From the human T2T-CHM13v2.0 reference genome, Homo sapiens, in assembly GCF_009914755.1 (NCBI RefSeq), contig NC_060938.1: a DNA stretch of 64,000 nucleotides. The stretch is one strand, 5' to 3'. A program made the translations under genes and the position numbers. A model generated the notes under the pieces. It saw nothing but the letters and a program-made list of their open reading frames with translations, was not told where the DNA came from and did no database searches. Positions 44,106 to 60,689 of the stretch are shown one piece after another; position 1 is the stretch's first letter; every line of letters begins with the position of its first letter.

Positions 44106-45576
44106 ATGACATTACAGGATTATAAGATAATATCTCAATTTTTATCATGGAAGTTATTTTTTAACATTTTTAGAAAACTCAAAGATTAAATTTGTAATTA
44201 TTATTGTGATACTATAGAAAATATAGTTCCTTTTAAATATAATGCTTATTGATACCAAAATATATTTATTACTTTGAACATAAGTTTCTTTTTACAATTG
44301 GAGTTTGGTATTTTTTTGGTGAAAGAATAAATGAATATATTATATTTATATATTAGAACAAAGAATTTGCTCTGAAAGTCATAGCTTGAATTATTCATTT
44401 TAATCAATATAATCTTCACTAGTACTCTTAGTTAAGAACCATTTATATTATTTTGGAAAGGTAACAACAAAAATATTGCTTACATATTGAAGTAATGTTT
44501 TCTTTATGGAGACTTTCCACATAAAATATCAGTGTTCAGTCTTTCTTTACATTAAAATGTTAACATCTTATAGGTTATAGATTATTCTAAGATTCATACA
44601 TCATTATGCTTGTAACTAAAATATTGAGGTTATCTTAAAACAATAATCATTAAACTCTAAACAAAACTTCCCAATCATTTGAAAGAACAAATAAAGTGCT
44701 AGATGTTAAAAATACAATTTGGAGTTTAGAAAAACTATAATGGTATTTAATCAAAAAATAAAGAAAGAAAATAGTTAGCTTGGTTGCCCCCAAGGAAATC
44801 AGTGGGGCTGATAACTAAATAATTAGAATTGGGATTTTGTGAACATCTTTATTAACCTTATATTAATTTGCAAAGTGAGGATAGAAAATAAAGAAAGCTT
44901 GATTCCCAGAAGTTACTTTGAGCTATGCACAAAATAAATAGGAATAATAATAAAGGTAATGCTCATCTAATGTTTAACCAAATCAAATCTTGACTCAAAC
45001 TTCTAAAATCTGATTATCATTGTTTTTATTGAGAATGGTGAATCTCATAATGTGCTCCTGTGTAAGCTGAAAAGATTCTGTTATATTTGGTGTACATAAA
45101 AATAGTAGATACAGTGGTAAGTAATAGATACACTTATGCAAATGTATATGTATAAGCTTATATATAAACATGTCAAAATACATACATTATGTCCATTGAA
45201 CCATGGTAAATCTCTAAAGTTACATTGTTGTTCATGTTTCTCAGGACTGTGAATGACAAATGAGAGTAGTTTACATGTCTTAAGCAAAGCAAGACGGTCA
45301 ACATGTAGCTACAGGCATGAAATAATAATCAATGTAGTTAAAATAAAAAGGTATATTAAATTTCTAGAGAATTTTGAGTGAAATTATTATACATTTTTGG
45401 AAACAAGTTTTTTTCCTGGATTACTTGTCAATTTCATTACTGTACATAGAAAGAGGAACACAGCAATATATACATTCAACAGAATATTTACAAACAATAT
45501 TATAATTACCCAGTATATTCTACCATATAGGTAACTTGTCAACTTCTTCTGCATCTTGACTATCTGAAAGAATGAA

Positions 45577-47829
45577 TGTATTCATCCATTTTCACACTGT
45601 TAGTAAAGACATATCTGAGACTGGGAACAAAAAGAGGTTTAATTGGGCTTACAGTTTCAGATGGCTGAGGAGGCCTCAGAATCATGGCAAGGAACTTCTT
45701 ACATGGCGGCGGCAAGATAAAATGAGGAAGATGCAAAAGCAGAAACCTCTGATAAAACCATCAGATCTCATGAGACTTATTCACTACCACAAGAGCAGTG
45801 TGGGGGAAACTGCCCCCATGATTCAAATTATCTCCCACTGGGTCCCTCCCACAACATGAGGGAATTATTGGAATACAATTCAGGGTGAGATTTGGGTGGG
45901 GACACAGCCAAACCATGTCATTCTGCCCCTGGCCCCTCCAAATCTCATGTCCTCACATTTCAAAACCAGTCATACCTTACCAACAGTCCCCAAAGTCTTA
46001 ACTCATTTCAGTATTAATCTAAAAGTCCACAGTCCAAAGTATCATCTGAGACAAGACAAGTTCCTTCCATCTATGAGCCTGTAAAATCAAAAGCAAGCTA
46101 GTTACTTCCTAGATACAATGAGGGTATAGGCATTGGGTAAATACAGCTGTTCCAAATGGGAGAAACTGGCCAAAACAAAGGGGTTACAGGATCCGTGCAA
46201 ATCCAAAATCCAGTGGGGCAGTCAAATTTTAAAGCTCCAAAATGATCTCCTTTGACTCCAGCTCTCACATCCAGGTCATGCTGATGCAAGAGGTGGGGTC
46301 CCATGATCTTGAGCAGGTCTGCCCTGTGGCTTTGCAGGGTACAGCCTCCCTCCTGGCTGCTTTCATGGGCTGCCATTGAGTGTCTGTGGGTTTTCCAGGT
46401 GCACAGTGCAAGCTGTAGGTGGATCTACAATTCTGGGATCTGGAGGATGGTGGCCCTCTTCTCACAGCTCCACTAGGTGGTGGCCCAGTAGGAATTCTGT
46501 GTGAGGGCTCTGACCCCACATTTCCCATCTGCACTGGCCTAGCAGTTTCACCATGAGAGGGGTGCTTCTGCAGGAAACTTCTGCTTGGGCACCCAGGCGT
46601 TTCCATACATCTGAAATTTAGACGGAGGTTTCCGAATCCCAATTTTTGAGTTCTGTACACCTGCAAGCTCAATACCACATGGAAGCTGCCAATTCTTAGG
46701 GCTTACATCCTTCTGAAGCCATGGCCCCAGCTCTATGTTGGCCCCTTTCAGCCATGGCTGAAGCAGCTGGGACACAGGGCACTAAGTTCCCAGGCTGCAT
46801 GCAGCACAGTACCCTGGGCGCAGCCTATGAAGCCATTTTCTCCTAGGCCTCCAGGCCCTTGACTAACGGGAGGGACTTCTGTGAAGACCTCTGACATACC
46901 CTGGAGACATTTTCCTCATTGTCTTGGAGATTAACATTCAGTTCCTCTTACTTATTCAAATTTCTGCAGCTGGCTTGAATTTCTCCCCAGAAAATGGGAT
47001 TTTCTTTTCTATCACACTGTCAGGCCACAAATTTTCTGAACTTTTACGCTCTGTTTTCCTTTTAAAACTGAATACCTTTAACAGCACCCAAGTCACCTTT
47101 TTGAATGCTTTGTTGCTTAGAAATTTCCTCTGCCAGGTACACTAAATCATCTCTCTCAAGTTCAAAGTTCCACAAATCTCTAGGGCAGGGGCAAAATGCT
47201 GCCAGACTGTTTTCTAAAACATATCAAGAGTCACCTTTGCTTCATTTCACAACAAGTTCCTCATCTTCGTCTGAGATCACCTCAGCCTGGATTTCATTGT
47301 CCATATCATTATCAGTATTTTTGTCAAAGCCATTCAACAAGTCTCTAGGAAGTTCCAAACTGTCCCACATATTCCTGTCTTCTTCTGAGCCTTCCAAACT
47401 GTTCCAACCTCTGTCTGTTACCCAGTTCCAAAGTTGCTTCCACATATTTGTTTATCTTTTCAGCAAAACCCCACTCTACAGGTACCAATTTACTGTATTA
47501 GTCAGTTTTCATGCTGCTGATAAAGACATATTCAAGACTGGCAAGAAAAAGAGGTTTAATTGAACTTTCAGTTCCACATGGCTGGGGAGGCCTTGGAATC
47601 ATGGCAAGAGGTGAAAGACACTTGTTACATGGCAGCAGCAAGAGAAAATGAGGAAGGTGCAAAAGCAGACACCCATGATAAAACCGTCAAGTGCAGAGAG
47701 ATGTATTCACTACCACAACTGCCCCCATGATTAAAATTATCTCCCAGCACATCCCTCCCTCAACATGTGGAAATTATGGGAGTATAATTCAAGATGAGAT
47801 TTTGTTGGGGACACAGCCAAACCATATCA
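45577..47829 (-). mobile_element. Complete THE1 (A/B-type) provirus; LTRs 45577-45920 and 47494-47829
   Basis: Two LTRs, about 1.57-kb internal region, TSD ATGAA/ATTAA. Confidence 0.95.
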
Positions 47830-47919
47830 ATTAATGTTTTTGGTTTTATTTATCTAATATGCTTGACAGAAGGAATTTAGGTAAAAGTCACTGATGATAA
47901 AATCAGTGTATAGTCATCA

Positions 47920-48290
47920 TCTTAATGAATACTTTTAAATATTGTTTTCAGTTCCACAAACTCGTTTAAATGCTTCACATATATTATCCCTTTTAATCCT
48001 GTAACTCTATGAAATAGAGTTGCCTTATTAATTATATTTCACAAATAAAGGCTTAGAGAAATATGTTAAGTCAATTGCCCAAAGTTACTTAAATTAGTAA
48101 TGTGTCTGGAACAGGAAGTCTCTTAATCCAAAACCCATGCTTCTAATGACTATTCCTGTTAGATGTGACAGTCCTTAGAAATTACGCTATTTTGCAGATA
48201 AGAAAGCTGAATCCCACGATATTTTATAACTTGTCCAAAGTTGCACAAATAAGAGAATAACTAAAATAAGAGTCTAAGTCAAGTAGTTTG
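47920..48290 (-). mobile_element. MIR fragments
   Basis: aattgcccaaagttac and ataacttgtccaaagttgcaca resemble the reverse MIR core. Confidence 0.6.
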
Positions 48291-48739
48291 TTAGTCTATG
48301 GCTATTTTAATAATACTCTTTTATTTATATAATTTCTTTGAAAGCCCAATTTTGTTTTTGATATTTTAATCCAAAAAAGTAAATTTCAAAGAGTCTTTAG
48401 AAATATTATGTATCAGCCAAATAAATTCTACATATTTTGCCCTTACTTCAATTAAAAAAATTGCATGTATTACTTTCACATTAAATATTCACTCATATTT
48501 CCAAATTAAATTTATGTCACCAGAAAAAAATATTGGCAGTCATTTAAATTTAATTCTATTGAAATTATGGAAGAAAATTTTAAAGATAAATATCAGCATA
48601 TTTGTGATTAGATTATGTAGTCCAAAATTTGTGGAGTCTATAAATATTTACTGTCCTGCTTTTCCTACATAATAAAGACAAAATTAAAAACAGGCAGTAT
48701 TTTAAGAACTTTAAGTTTATTCTATACTTTAATCTTCCA

Positions 48740-48860
48740 AGCAAGTAGTAGAATCTTATTATCCTTGTTTTACAAAGAAACTGAGATTTAGAGGAAGTTA
48801 AGTCACATACCAGAATCATACAGCTGAAAAGGGGAAGGAACAAAAATCAACCTCACAACC
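48740..48860 (-). mobile_element. MIR fragment
   Basis: ttttacaaagaaactgagatttagaggaagttaagtcac. Confidence 0.65.
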
Positions 48861-49789
48861 ATCTCCTTTAAATATATATATTTTATGATCAACATCATTT
48901 CTTACCTCAGGAAGAGTAGGGCAAAGAAAATAACATATTTGTATAATAGGGATACGACATTTCACCTTTTAAAAGGGTTGTTTGTTCAACCACCAGGAAA
49001 ACACATTCTTAATTATTAAAACACAACTTAATTATGTTACCTCATTAATGAGTTCCAAAAGGTTAATAAGATGCTCTTACTTGTTACCACCAAGAGACAC
49101 TTTAAATCAGAATACTGGTCAAAATTTACTGAACATGGAAGCTGGAAATTTACATTAATATAAATATACTTTAATTATTTAGGGTTCTCTGCCACGACAA
49201 TGTACAATAAATTAAAACTTGAATTATTTTTGGGAGATGCCATATTTTCTTATGTATTTTGACTATATGTATGGTTTAATTATAAATAGAATGATCTTTT
49301 ATTTACATAGGCCTTGGAAAATCAGCCTCATTATGACAATTTTTCTAATTTTTGCAAGAAATCTCCTAAAATGATCACCCACTTTATTAGTTAGCTTTGT
49401 TTATAATGACTTTGAGTACTTACAAAATATGTGACTCATCCTCAAAGGACAATGCTTTAAAACATTCAAATCTAGAGAACAGTTTTCTTTAATGCAAAGA
49501 AATAAAGTTCAAAAAAATATGAAAAAAGACAGTTGTTAGAATCTGTGCATAGTTTTGGAAGGCAACTACTTTTTAAATATTGATATCATTCAGATGTGAA
49601 ATTTCTGGAAAAGTCATTTTAAAAATCTGTACATTCACTTTAAAATAGTTACAGATTACAAGTTCAATATTGAAATAATAATTGTTTTGATGTCATAGTT
49701 GACTAATAAGCCCAATACTAACCTTCTGGAAATATATAATGATAGTCTGGTTATTCTTGGTTTTTCCTCCAAGAATTATTTATTTATTT

Positions 49790-50222
49790 ATTTATTTTCT
49801 CTGCCTTCTCCATAACCAGGAGGACCTTGTCATCCATATTAGGTTTCTGATTAGTTCTGCCGATGGAAGCCATCAGCTGGAGAGCACACTAGGGAAGACA
49901 GAGAGGTTGGCATATCTATCTGCACTACCCTATTCTGCCTCATCAGTGTCTGGAAGTATCTAAAGCTCTGGTTTGTTGATCCTCAAACAATGCAAGTAAT
50001 GTAAGAGCTAGAGGTACATTGCTTCAGTTACATCACTCCCTCCCTTTGTCCCTTCAACTCTATGGATGGAAACTATTTGCCACTATTGCTAAACTCTGGA
50101 TGCCTCGAAATTTCTTTCTGGCTCTCTTACTATGATTATCTTACTGTAGATCATACCTTCAGTACATTACCTTAAGTTTAACCATTCTGAGCATTCCATC
50201 TGTCTTTGTACATGACTCATAC
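49790..50222 (+). mobile_element. LTR33-like ERVL LTR
   Basis: gccgatggaagccatcagctggagag...ccactattgctaaactctggatgcctc...tgactcataca. Confidence 0.65.
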
Positions 50223-50529
50223 ATTTGCACACAAAATATACCAAAAAAAAACCCAGAAACCTTCCTTTGCAGAATATCTTCTGTGATATATAGAAATGAA
50301 GAAAGAGAAAATATATCTGTTTTGTTAGAGTTCACATTTTGGTTGGAGAATCATCAAACACATATTATGCAAGATGGCAATAGTGCACAAGCAGTACATA
50401 TAGTGATAAGGACATAGGAAATGTCAGAGGTCAGGGATTGCAATTTATGATGGGTTTTCCACTTATGACCTAACTGAGAATGTGATATTTGAGAAAATAT
50501 TTTAAGGAAGTTGTGGAAATATCTGGAAC

Positions 50530-52660
<2,131 letters not shown>

Positions 52661-52969
52661 GCCTGTCACCGAAGGGTTCTGAGTAGAAAAGTGACTGATA
52701 TAACTTGTGTTTAAAAATAATCACTATGAATACTTTCATCTTAAGGGTAAAAGGGGGAATAAAGGATACCAGTTAATAGACTATTGCAATAACTTAAGCA
52801 AATATGTATTGCCTATTGACATAAAGGTGATGGCAGTGAGCTTCTAGAGAAATGATTATATTCTGATATCTTTAAAGGTTTTGATGGTGGATTAATGTGC
52901 AGTATGAGAGAAAGGCAAAGGATAATCCCAGATTTATGTATAAAACTCAGAAAGAATAGAGTTTTCATA

Positions 52970-53308
52970 CAAAGTCAGCTTTCTGTACCCATGAGTCTCT
53001 TCTACAGCCATGGATTCAACCGTGTTTCAAAAGTATTTGAGAAAAAAATAATTCCACGAAGTTCCAAAAAGCAAATTTTGAATGTGCTGTACACTCAGCA
53101 CTATATTGAATCCACTCAAATAAAATGATATATAGGACTTGTATCATGTAATATAAATGAGTTAGAGATTATTTAAAGTATACAAGAGGATGTGCATAGC
53201 TTATATGCAAATACTGTGCTATTTTACTTAAGGGACTTGAGCATCTGTGGATTTTTATGTCCACAGGGAGTCCCAGAACCAATCTTCCAGGGATAACAAG
53301 GGTGACAG
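52970..53308 (-). mobile_element. MER2-like TcMar-Tigger DNA transposon
   Basis: tttaaagtatacaagaggatgtgcatag...gggacttgagcatctgtggatttt...gaaccaatc. Confidence 0.8.
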
Positions 53309-53633
53309 TATTGTAATGGGACAATTTTAAGAGGAAAAACTTTGGGGGTGCTTCTGTATATCATTTTAGTAGTTTAGTTTAGCATATAAAGTTTTAATAT
53401 TTATTTTATTTCAGAGATGTCAAGTTAGTGGTTGACCATGAAGGTTTAGAGCATAGGGGCAAAGTCAAGGTTAAAAATAAAGATGTAACATCCATTAGAA
53501 TGTAGGTGGTATTTAAAATCATAATATAGATGAGATTACAAACAAAATCAGAGTAGTTTAAAAAGAAGAGATTCAAATCATGATGCATGGGTCACACCAA
53601 TATTTAGATATTGTTAAGTTCAGTAAGAACCAC

Positions 53634-55909
53634 TGATAAGGTTTTGCTGTGTCCTCACTTAAATCTTATCTTGAAATGTAGCTCCCACAATTCCCACATG
53701 TTGTGGAAGGGACCTGGAAGGAGGTAAATGAATCATGGGGACAGGTCTTTCTTGTGCTGTTCTCATGATAGTGAATAAGTCTTATGAGATCTGATGGTTT
53801 TATAAAGGGGAATTTCCCTGCACAAATTCTCTTCTCTTGTCTGCTGCCATGTGAGACGTGCCTTTCACCATCTGCCATGATTGTGAGCCCTCCCCAGTAA
53901 TATGGAACTGTGAGTCCATTAAATCTCTTTCTTTTGTAAATTGCCCATGCTTGGTTAGGGCTTTTTAAGCAGCATGAGAATGGACTAATACAGTAAGTTG
54001 GGACCAGTCGAGTGGGGCACTGCTAAACAGATACCCAAAAATGTGGAAGTTCAACTTTGGAACTGGGTAACAGGCAGATGTTAGAACAGTTTGGAGGGCT
54101 CGGAAGAAGACAAGAAAATGTGGGAAAGTTTGGGACATCCTGGAGACTTCTTGAATGGCTTTCACCAAAATGCTGATAATAATATGGACAATGAAATCCA
54201 GTCTGAGGTGGTCTCAGAGGAAGATGAGGAACTTGTTAGCAACTAGAGTAAAGGTGACTCTTGCTATGTTTTAGCAAAGAAACTGGCAGCATTTTCCCCC
54301 TGCCCTAGAGATTTGTGGAACTTTGAACTTGAGGGAGATAATTTAGGCTATCCGGTGAAATAAATTTCTAAGCAGCAAATCATTCAAGAGGTGACTTGGG
54401 TGCTGTTAAAAACATTCAGTTTTAAAAGGAAAACAGAGCATAAAAGTTGAGAAAATTTTCAGCCTGAGGATGCGATAGAAAAAAGAAAATTCTGAGGAGA
54501 AATTCAAGCCCACTGCAGAAATTTGCATAAGAAATGAGAAGCCAAATGTCAATCCCCAAGAAAATAGGGAGAATGTCTCCAGGGCATGTCAGAGGTCTTC
54601 ACAGCAGCCCCTGGCATCACAGGCCAGAGATCTAGGAGGAAATAATGGTTAGGTGGGCTGGGCCCAGGGCCCCCCTGCTCTGTGCAGACTAGGGACTTGC
54701 TGCCCTGCATCCCAGCCACTGCAGCCATGGCTAAAAGGGGCTAAGGTACAGCTTGGGTTGTTGCTTCAGAGGTGCCAAGCCTTGGCAGTTTCCATGTAGT
54801 GTTGAGCCTGCAGGTGCACACAAGTCAAGAATTTAGGTTTGGGAACCTCAGCCTAAATTTCAGATGATGTATGGAAATCACTGGATGCCCAGGCAAAAGT
54901 TTGCTGCAGGGGCAGGGCTCTCATGGAGAACCTCTACTAGGGCGGTGTGGAAGGGATGTGTAGGGTCGGAGCCCATAAACAGAGTCCCTACTGGGGAACT
55001 ACCTAGTGGAGCTGTGAGAAGAGGGCCACCATCCTCCAGACCCCAGAATGATAGATCCAATTACAGTTTGCACCATGGGCCTGGAAAAGCTGCAGACACT
55101 CAATGCCAGCCCATGAAAATAGCCAGGAGGTGGGTCATACCCTGCAAAGCCAAAGAGGTGGAGCCACACAAGCTCATGGGATCCCACCTCTTTCATCAGT
55201 GTGACTCAGGTGTGAAACATGTAGTCAAAGGAGATTATTTTGGAACTTTAAGATTGGACTGCCCTGCTGGATTTCAGACTCTCATGGGGGCCTTTAGCCC
55301 CTTCTTTTTGGCCAGTTTCTCCCGTTTGGAATGGGTACATTTATCCAATGCCTGTACCCACATTGTATCTAGGAAGTAACTAACTTGCTTTTGATTTTAT
55401 AAGCTGAAGGGACTTGCCTGGTCTTGGGTAAGACTTTGGACTATGAAATTTTGAGGTAATTCTGAAATAAGACTTTGAGGGATTGTTTGGAAGGCATGAT
55501 TGATTTTGAAATGTAAGAACATGAGATTTGAGAGGGGCCAGGGTCAAAATGATCTGGCTTTGCTCTGTGTTCCCACCCAAATCTCATCTTAAATTGTAGC
55601 TCCCACAATTCCCAGGTGTTGGGGAAGGGACCTGGTGGGAGGTAATTGAATTACGGGAGCAGTTCTTTCCCATCCTGATCTCATGATAGTGAATAAGTCT
55701 CATGAGATCTGATGGTTTTCAAAGGGGAGTTTCCCTGCACAAGTTCTCTTCTTTTGTCTGCCACCATGTGAGATGTGCCTTTCACCTTCTGCCATGATTG
55801 TGAGGCCTTCCCAGCCATGTGGAACTGTGAGTCCATTGAACCTCTTTCTTTTGTAACTTGCCAAGTCTTGGGTATGTCTTTATCAGCAGTGTGAGAACAG
55901 ACTAATAAC
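53634..55909 (+). mobile_element. Complete THE1 (B/C-type) provirus; LTRs 53634-53992 and 55550-55909
   Basis: Two LTRs plus internal region; flanked by AACCAC on both sides. Confidence 0.95.
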
Positions 55910-58900
55910 AACCACTAAGGGAAACTGAAAAGGAGCATTCATAAAGGGAGTTCTTAATCCTGGCAATTCTACTGGGATCTAGGTGAATATTTGTTTCCAG
56001 AATGAGATTAGGATTAACTTTGTCAAATGTTAACACTAAGTTAGGAAAGATAAAGACTGAAATGTGGCCATACATTTAGCAGTGTAAAAGTCACTGGTTA
56101 TCTTGATAAGAACAGCTGTGGAACATAAGCCTGATTAGAGTTAAGAGTACAAGGGAGGTGAATGGGAAGTATGGTTTATGAGCAATTTTTTTCAAATTTG
56201 TTGTGCTATAAGGGAATAAAAACAATTGAGTGCAATAGGATTATTGCTGGAGGATTATTAAATTACTGGAGAAATTTCTTTTGTTTTTAAATATGAGAGA
56301 AACATTTTTGTTTTTCAAAATGTGATCATTCATTAGTGTGGGGGGAAATAACAATTGAATATTGAAAAACAGAACAATTAACAGGAATATGTAAGAGGGG
56401 AGGAGTTTTATTGCATAAGTAAAGATACTGGCCTAGGCTAGGAGCAAAGGCAGTTGATTCAAAAGACCAGATAGGATGTATGAATAGAGATTCATATAAA
56501 AGGTGACTATAGCAGTGGGAACTGTTTTATTTGATATATTTTTATAAAATAAGAATTAGAGTCATCAAGTGTGAATGGGAATTGGAAAATATTGCAGGTT
56601 TGAGGAAAGAGGGGCTGTCATTTAGAAAAATTAAAGAATCAATAGACAAAGGAAAAATTGGTTTGATAGGTAGCTTTACTGGTCCACTAGAAACACATTT
56701 AGAAGTTTAAAGTCATATTGGTAAGCATGATTGGATTTCCAGTGTACTCGAGGATGTTTCCTAGGACAATTGTATAATTACAAAGTAAGCTAAATATATG
56801 CTGTCTAAACAGGTCCACACATATTATATTACTGTTTCCCAGTTGAAGACAGTTAGTTTCAGTTATAGTCTCTTATACTGCTATTTAAAATTACTTCACA
56901 AGGTTTTAATAAATTAGAAGCATACAATAGAACTTAAATTGTTCATCTTACAAGTGAAATAGAAAATTAATACAATGAAAATTACGTCATTAATTTAATT
57001 TAAAAAAATACAATAGAGCTGAAAATTGAGTTTTCCGAACTTTGTTCTAAATTACAGTTTCAACAGCAACCCTGTGTTTTTAATACACAGCTAACTGAAT
57101 TCATAGTTCACAGAAATCATGACTACAAGAAGCAACTAAGAATTCTAAATGCATTTATGCTAACAACTCTTCATTTACATTCTTTCAGGCTAATAAACAA
57201 AAAGAAGGGATAGTTTTATCATAGAAAGCATCTAATTAGCTGAAGTAAAATTTTCTTAGCTCAAGGGTAAAATATATGTATGTCTTTGTTAATCATGGTT
57301 TTTGTTAACTAAACAACTAGCATTTTATTGTATTAAAAGAGCCTGAATTACGTTAGTTAATATTTCAAGCTATAGGAAAGAATATAAACAGAACAATAGG
57401 TTTGTGCACTTGAGAATATGTGTTTATTTCTGAGTTTAATTAAGTATGAAGCTCAAAGAAACCAGTAAACAAGGTAAATTAAAGATGGACATTTTAGCAC
57501 TATGACATTTAAAAGAATATAAAATGTATTTGTGTATAATTTTTAAAATGAAAACATATGAATATCACTTCTGCCATATTCATGTACATTCATATCTCTC
57601 TTTTAATATAGACATGTATACAGAACACATATAATATTTAATATATCATAGATCTCATACATGCAACAGAAAACTTCAATATGTTTTCATATACTTTATT
57701 TGTGACAGTGAACCCTCACTTGTGCCACATGTCATGGGCCAAACTAATACTCCTTGTGGATAAAATGCACCCATTTTAGTGTGTTTCACCAAAAGCAACT
57801 GATTTGCTCCCTTTGTAAGAAATCTTATTAACTACTTTACTTCATTTATTGTTATCTTCTGAAATTTCTAGGTATATATGTTTTTGAATACTTAATATAC
57901 CTTCTATTGTTTCCCCAGCAACATTAAAATTGTTTTGCACGCTTTATTTATATGACATCATTTATATTACTTGACAAGTGACTACAGTTAGCTAAGATAA
58001 GATTGCATTTAATTGATACTATTTTCACTATATTTGTAAAAAATCAATTTCATTTAACCAACTCCTCATTTGTATGCCTGACACATTCTTAAGACATGAA
58101 TATCATAGAGAAAACTTAGGAATAAGTCTATCCTATTAGTAATATATATATCATCATGAGAAAATGCAATAATAGTTACATATTTTAATGTTTGTAGTTC
58201 CTACCTTTAGGGCATAAGGGAGCTTAAATATGCTATGTAGCAATATTTATTATAAACATAATGTGAATTATAATTTTATTTATTGTAAAGTTATTTGTAC
58301 TAAGACTGCTTTTAACCTACATTTAACTCATGAAACAACCATAAATACTATACTTCCAAAATAATTTAATAACAGTTAAATATTCTGAAAATCCTTTATA
58401 TTTCAAGGAGACTGCAGTCACGTAATGGTACATTTAGACCCAACAGTAACTTGAAAAACACATTCCCCTCTGTTATAATGAGAATACATTTCAGGATCAT
58501 GACAGAATTTAAAACTCTGTAAATTCTTTTCCAAGGTTGCTTATGCCTATTTATAAACACAATATTGACTCCTCTTATAACATGCTTGCCATCACTTGTT
58601 TTAGGTAAAGTTTAACTTGTTTACATTTTGCTTAATATGTTGTAAATAAAACAAATTGATTAATAAAATATTTTAGAAAGAAATCTTCATGGTATTTTAG
58701 ATACATTATTATAACTCTAAGGTATAATTTTAGTTTCTGATCAATAATATATAGCTTCAAAAGTTAACTCCGCTTCCTCCTGTTAGTATGTGCTCAGTAT
58801 GAAGTTTAAGCAAACACATAAGAACAAAGCAAATGGTATAAAATCTTAAAAATAAAACCTTTTTGAGGATGTCCCAATGTATTATGTTATTTGCTTGCTC

Positions 58901-59318
58901 CACTCTTTCTGGAATAATCTGAACAAATTAAATCAGGTAGCTCAAAGGTTCCTCTGCTCTAATGTTTGACTTCCATTCTGGCACAATGACACTGGACTCT
59001 CCACTGATTTCTAAATTGCTTTATTGTGTAATTTGGGAGGACTAGAGGAATAGAATCTACAATCAGAGGCAGCTGGTCGAAACAGGTGCTGCAGAAAATT
59101 ATAATCCTACTTTGATTAATCCTGTTTTTTACAGCCGCCCTCTAGTTATGCATGACAGGTATCCAGATAATCAAACATACAGTCTTCATTGCAACAATCT
59201 GAGTTATTGTCAGGAGAAACATCAGGAATTACTGAAGCATTGATGCCAACATAATGTGTGTTTCATGAAATAGGCTTTTGTTATTTCATTATTTCTCCAA
59301 TGTTCTGGGGGAAAATAT

Positions 59319-59362
59319 GTGTGTGTGTGTGTTCGTGTGAGTGTGTGCATGTGTGTGTGTGT
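59319..59362. repeat. Imperfect (GT)n microsatellite
   Basis: Read directly from the sequence. Confidence 0.85.
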
Positions 59363-59856
59363 AATTTTTGTCAGAAAGCTGCACATTTTTCTGGTGATAA
59401 TGGTGATTTTAAATAACCCATAAATTTAAAATTTGCCTTTTCAAAATAATTTTAAAACACAGCTATGTGTTAACAAGTCCATGGTAATTGTTTTAGGCAG
59501 CATCTGGAATTATAAATGCATCTGTAACGAGGCATATACAAGATTAAGAATCACTATGCAGTTATTAAAGCACTGTAGTATTTTCATTTGCGTATCAATA
59601 TGCCATTAAAGCAGTTCTTCTCTTGCTTCTTCTTTCTCAGCTTAACAACAATCACCATCCTGAGTCACACACAGCTTACTGGAGCTGTCCAGCATTCAGC
59701 CTTCTTGAGAATAGTCTATTGGTATATTTGGTATAAGGAGTAGCTCATAAGTGATTTTGTGGGGTCTGAAACTAGTCCTCTTACAACAGTCAAGGCAGGA
59801 AAAAATTTCACTGTCTCGTTTTGTAGATCAACTCTGGTTAAGTAAGTGTATAATTA

Positions 59857-60252
<396 letters not shown>

Positions 60253-60279
60253 TTATAAATCTATGATCTAGCTTTCCTT

Positions 60280-60640
60280 GCTTTGATCATATTATTCCTC
60301 TGCTTAAAGCCCTCCAATGCCTTTCCATTCTCCCCAGATAAAAGCCAAAGAAAGGACCATGGCCTTCAATGCTTAATATCTGCTCCCCAATACTGCGCCC
60401 CACTATTATTCATGAATACAATGTAATATTCCCCTCCTCCTTCTCACAACATTCCAGATACACAAATTTCCTTGATGTTTTTTCTGATATTTATCTTCCC
60501 CTAGATATACACACGATTTACTCCCTTATCTCAAACAGGTCTTTGTGCAAATGTCACCCTCACAGTTCAGTACTTCCCTAACCTCCCTACTTACTATTAC
60601 AGACCCCAGCATCACTTTTCTACCCTGCTTTTAAGATGCT
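60280..60640 (+). mobile_element. L2 fragment
   Basis: cctctgcttaaagccctccaatgcc...tctttgtgcaaatgtcacc. Confidence 0.7.
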
Positions 60641-60689
60641 CCTACTTGTTAGTTTGTAACAAGATTTTACAAAAGAGATTTAGAGAAAT

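Noticed and set aside
45572-47563. Several 60-150-aa ORFs here and at 53666-55911
   Set aside because: All lie within THE1 LTR/internal sequence and are fragments or antisense readings of the MaLR ORF
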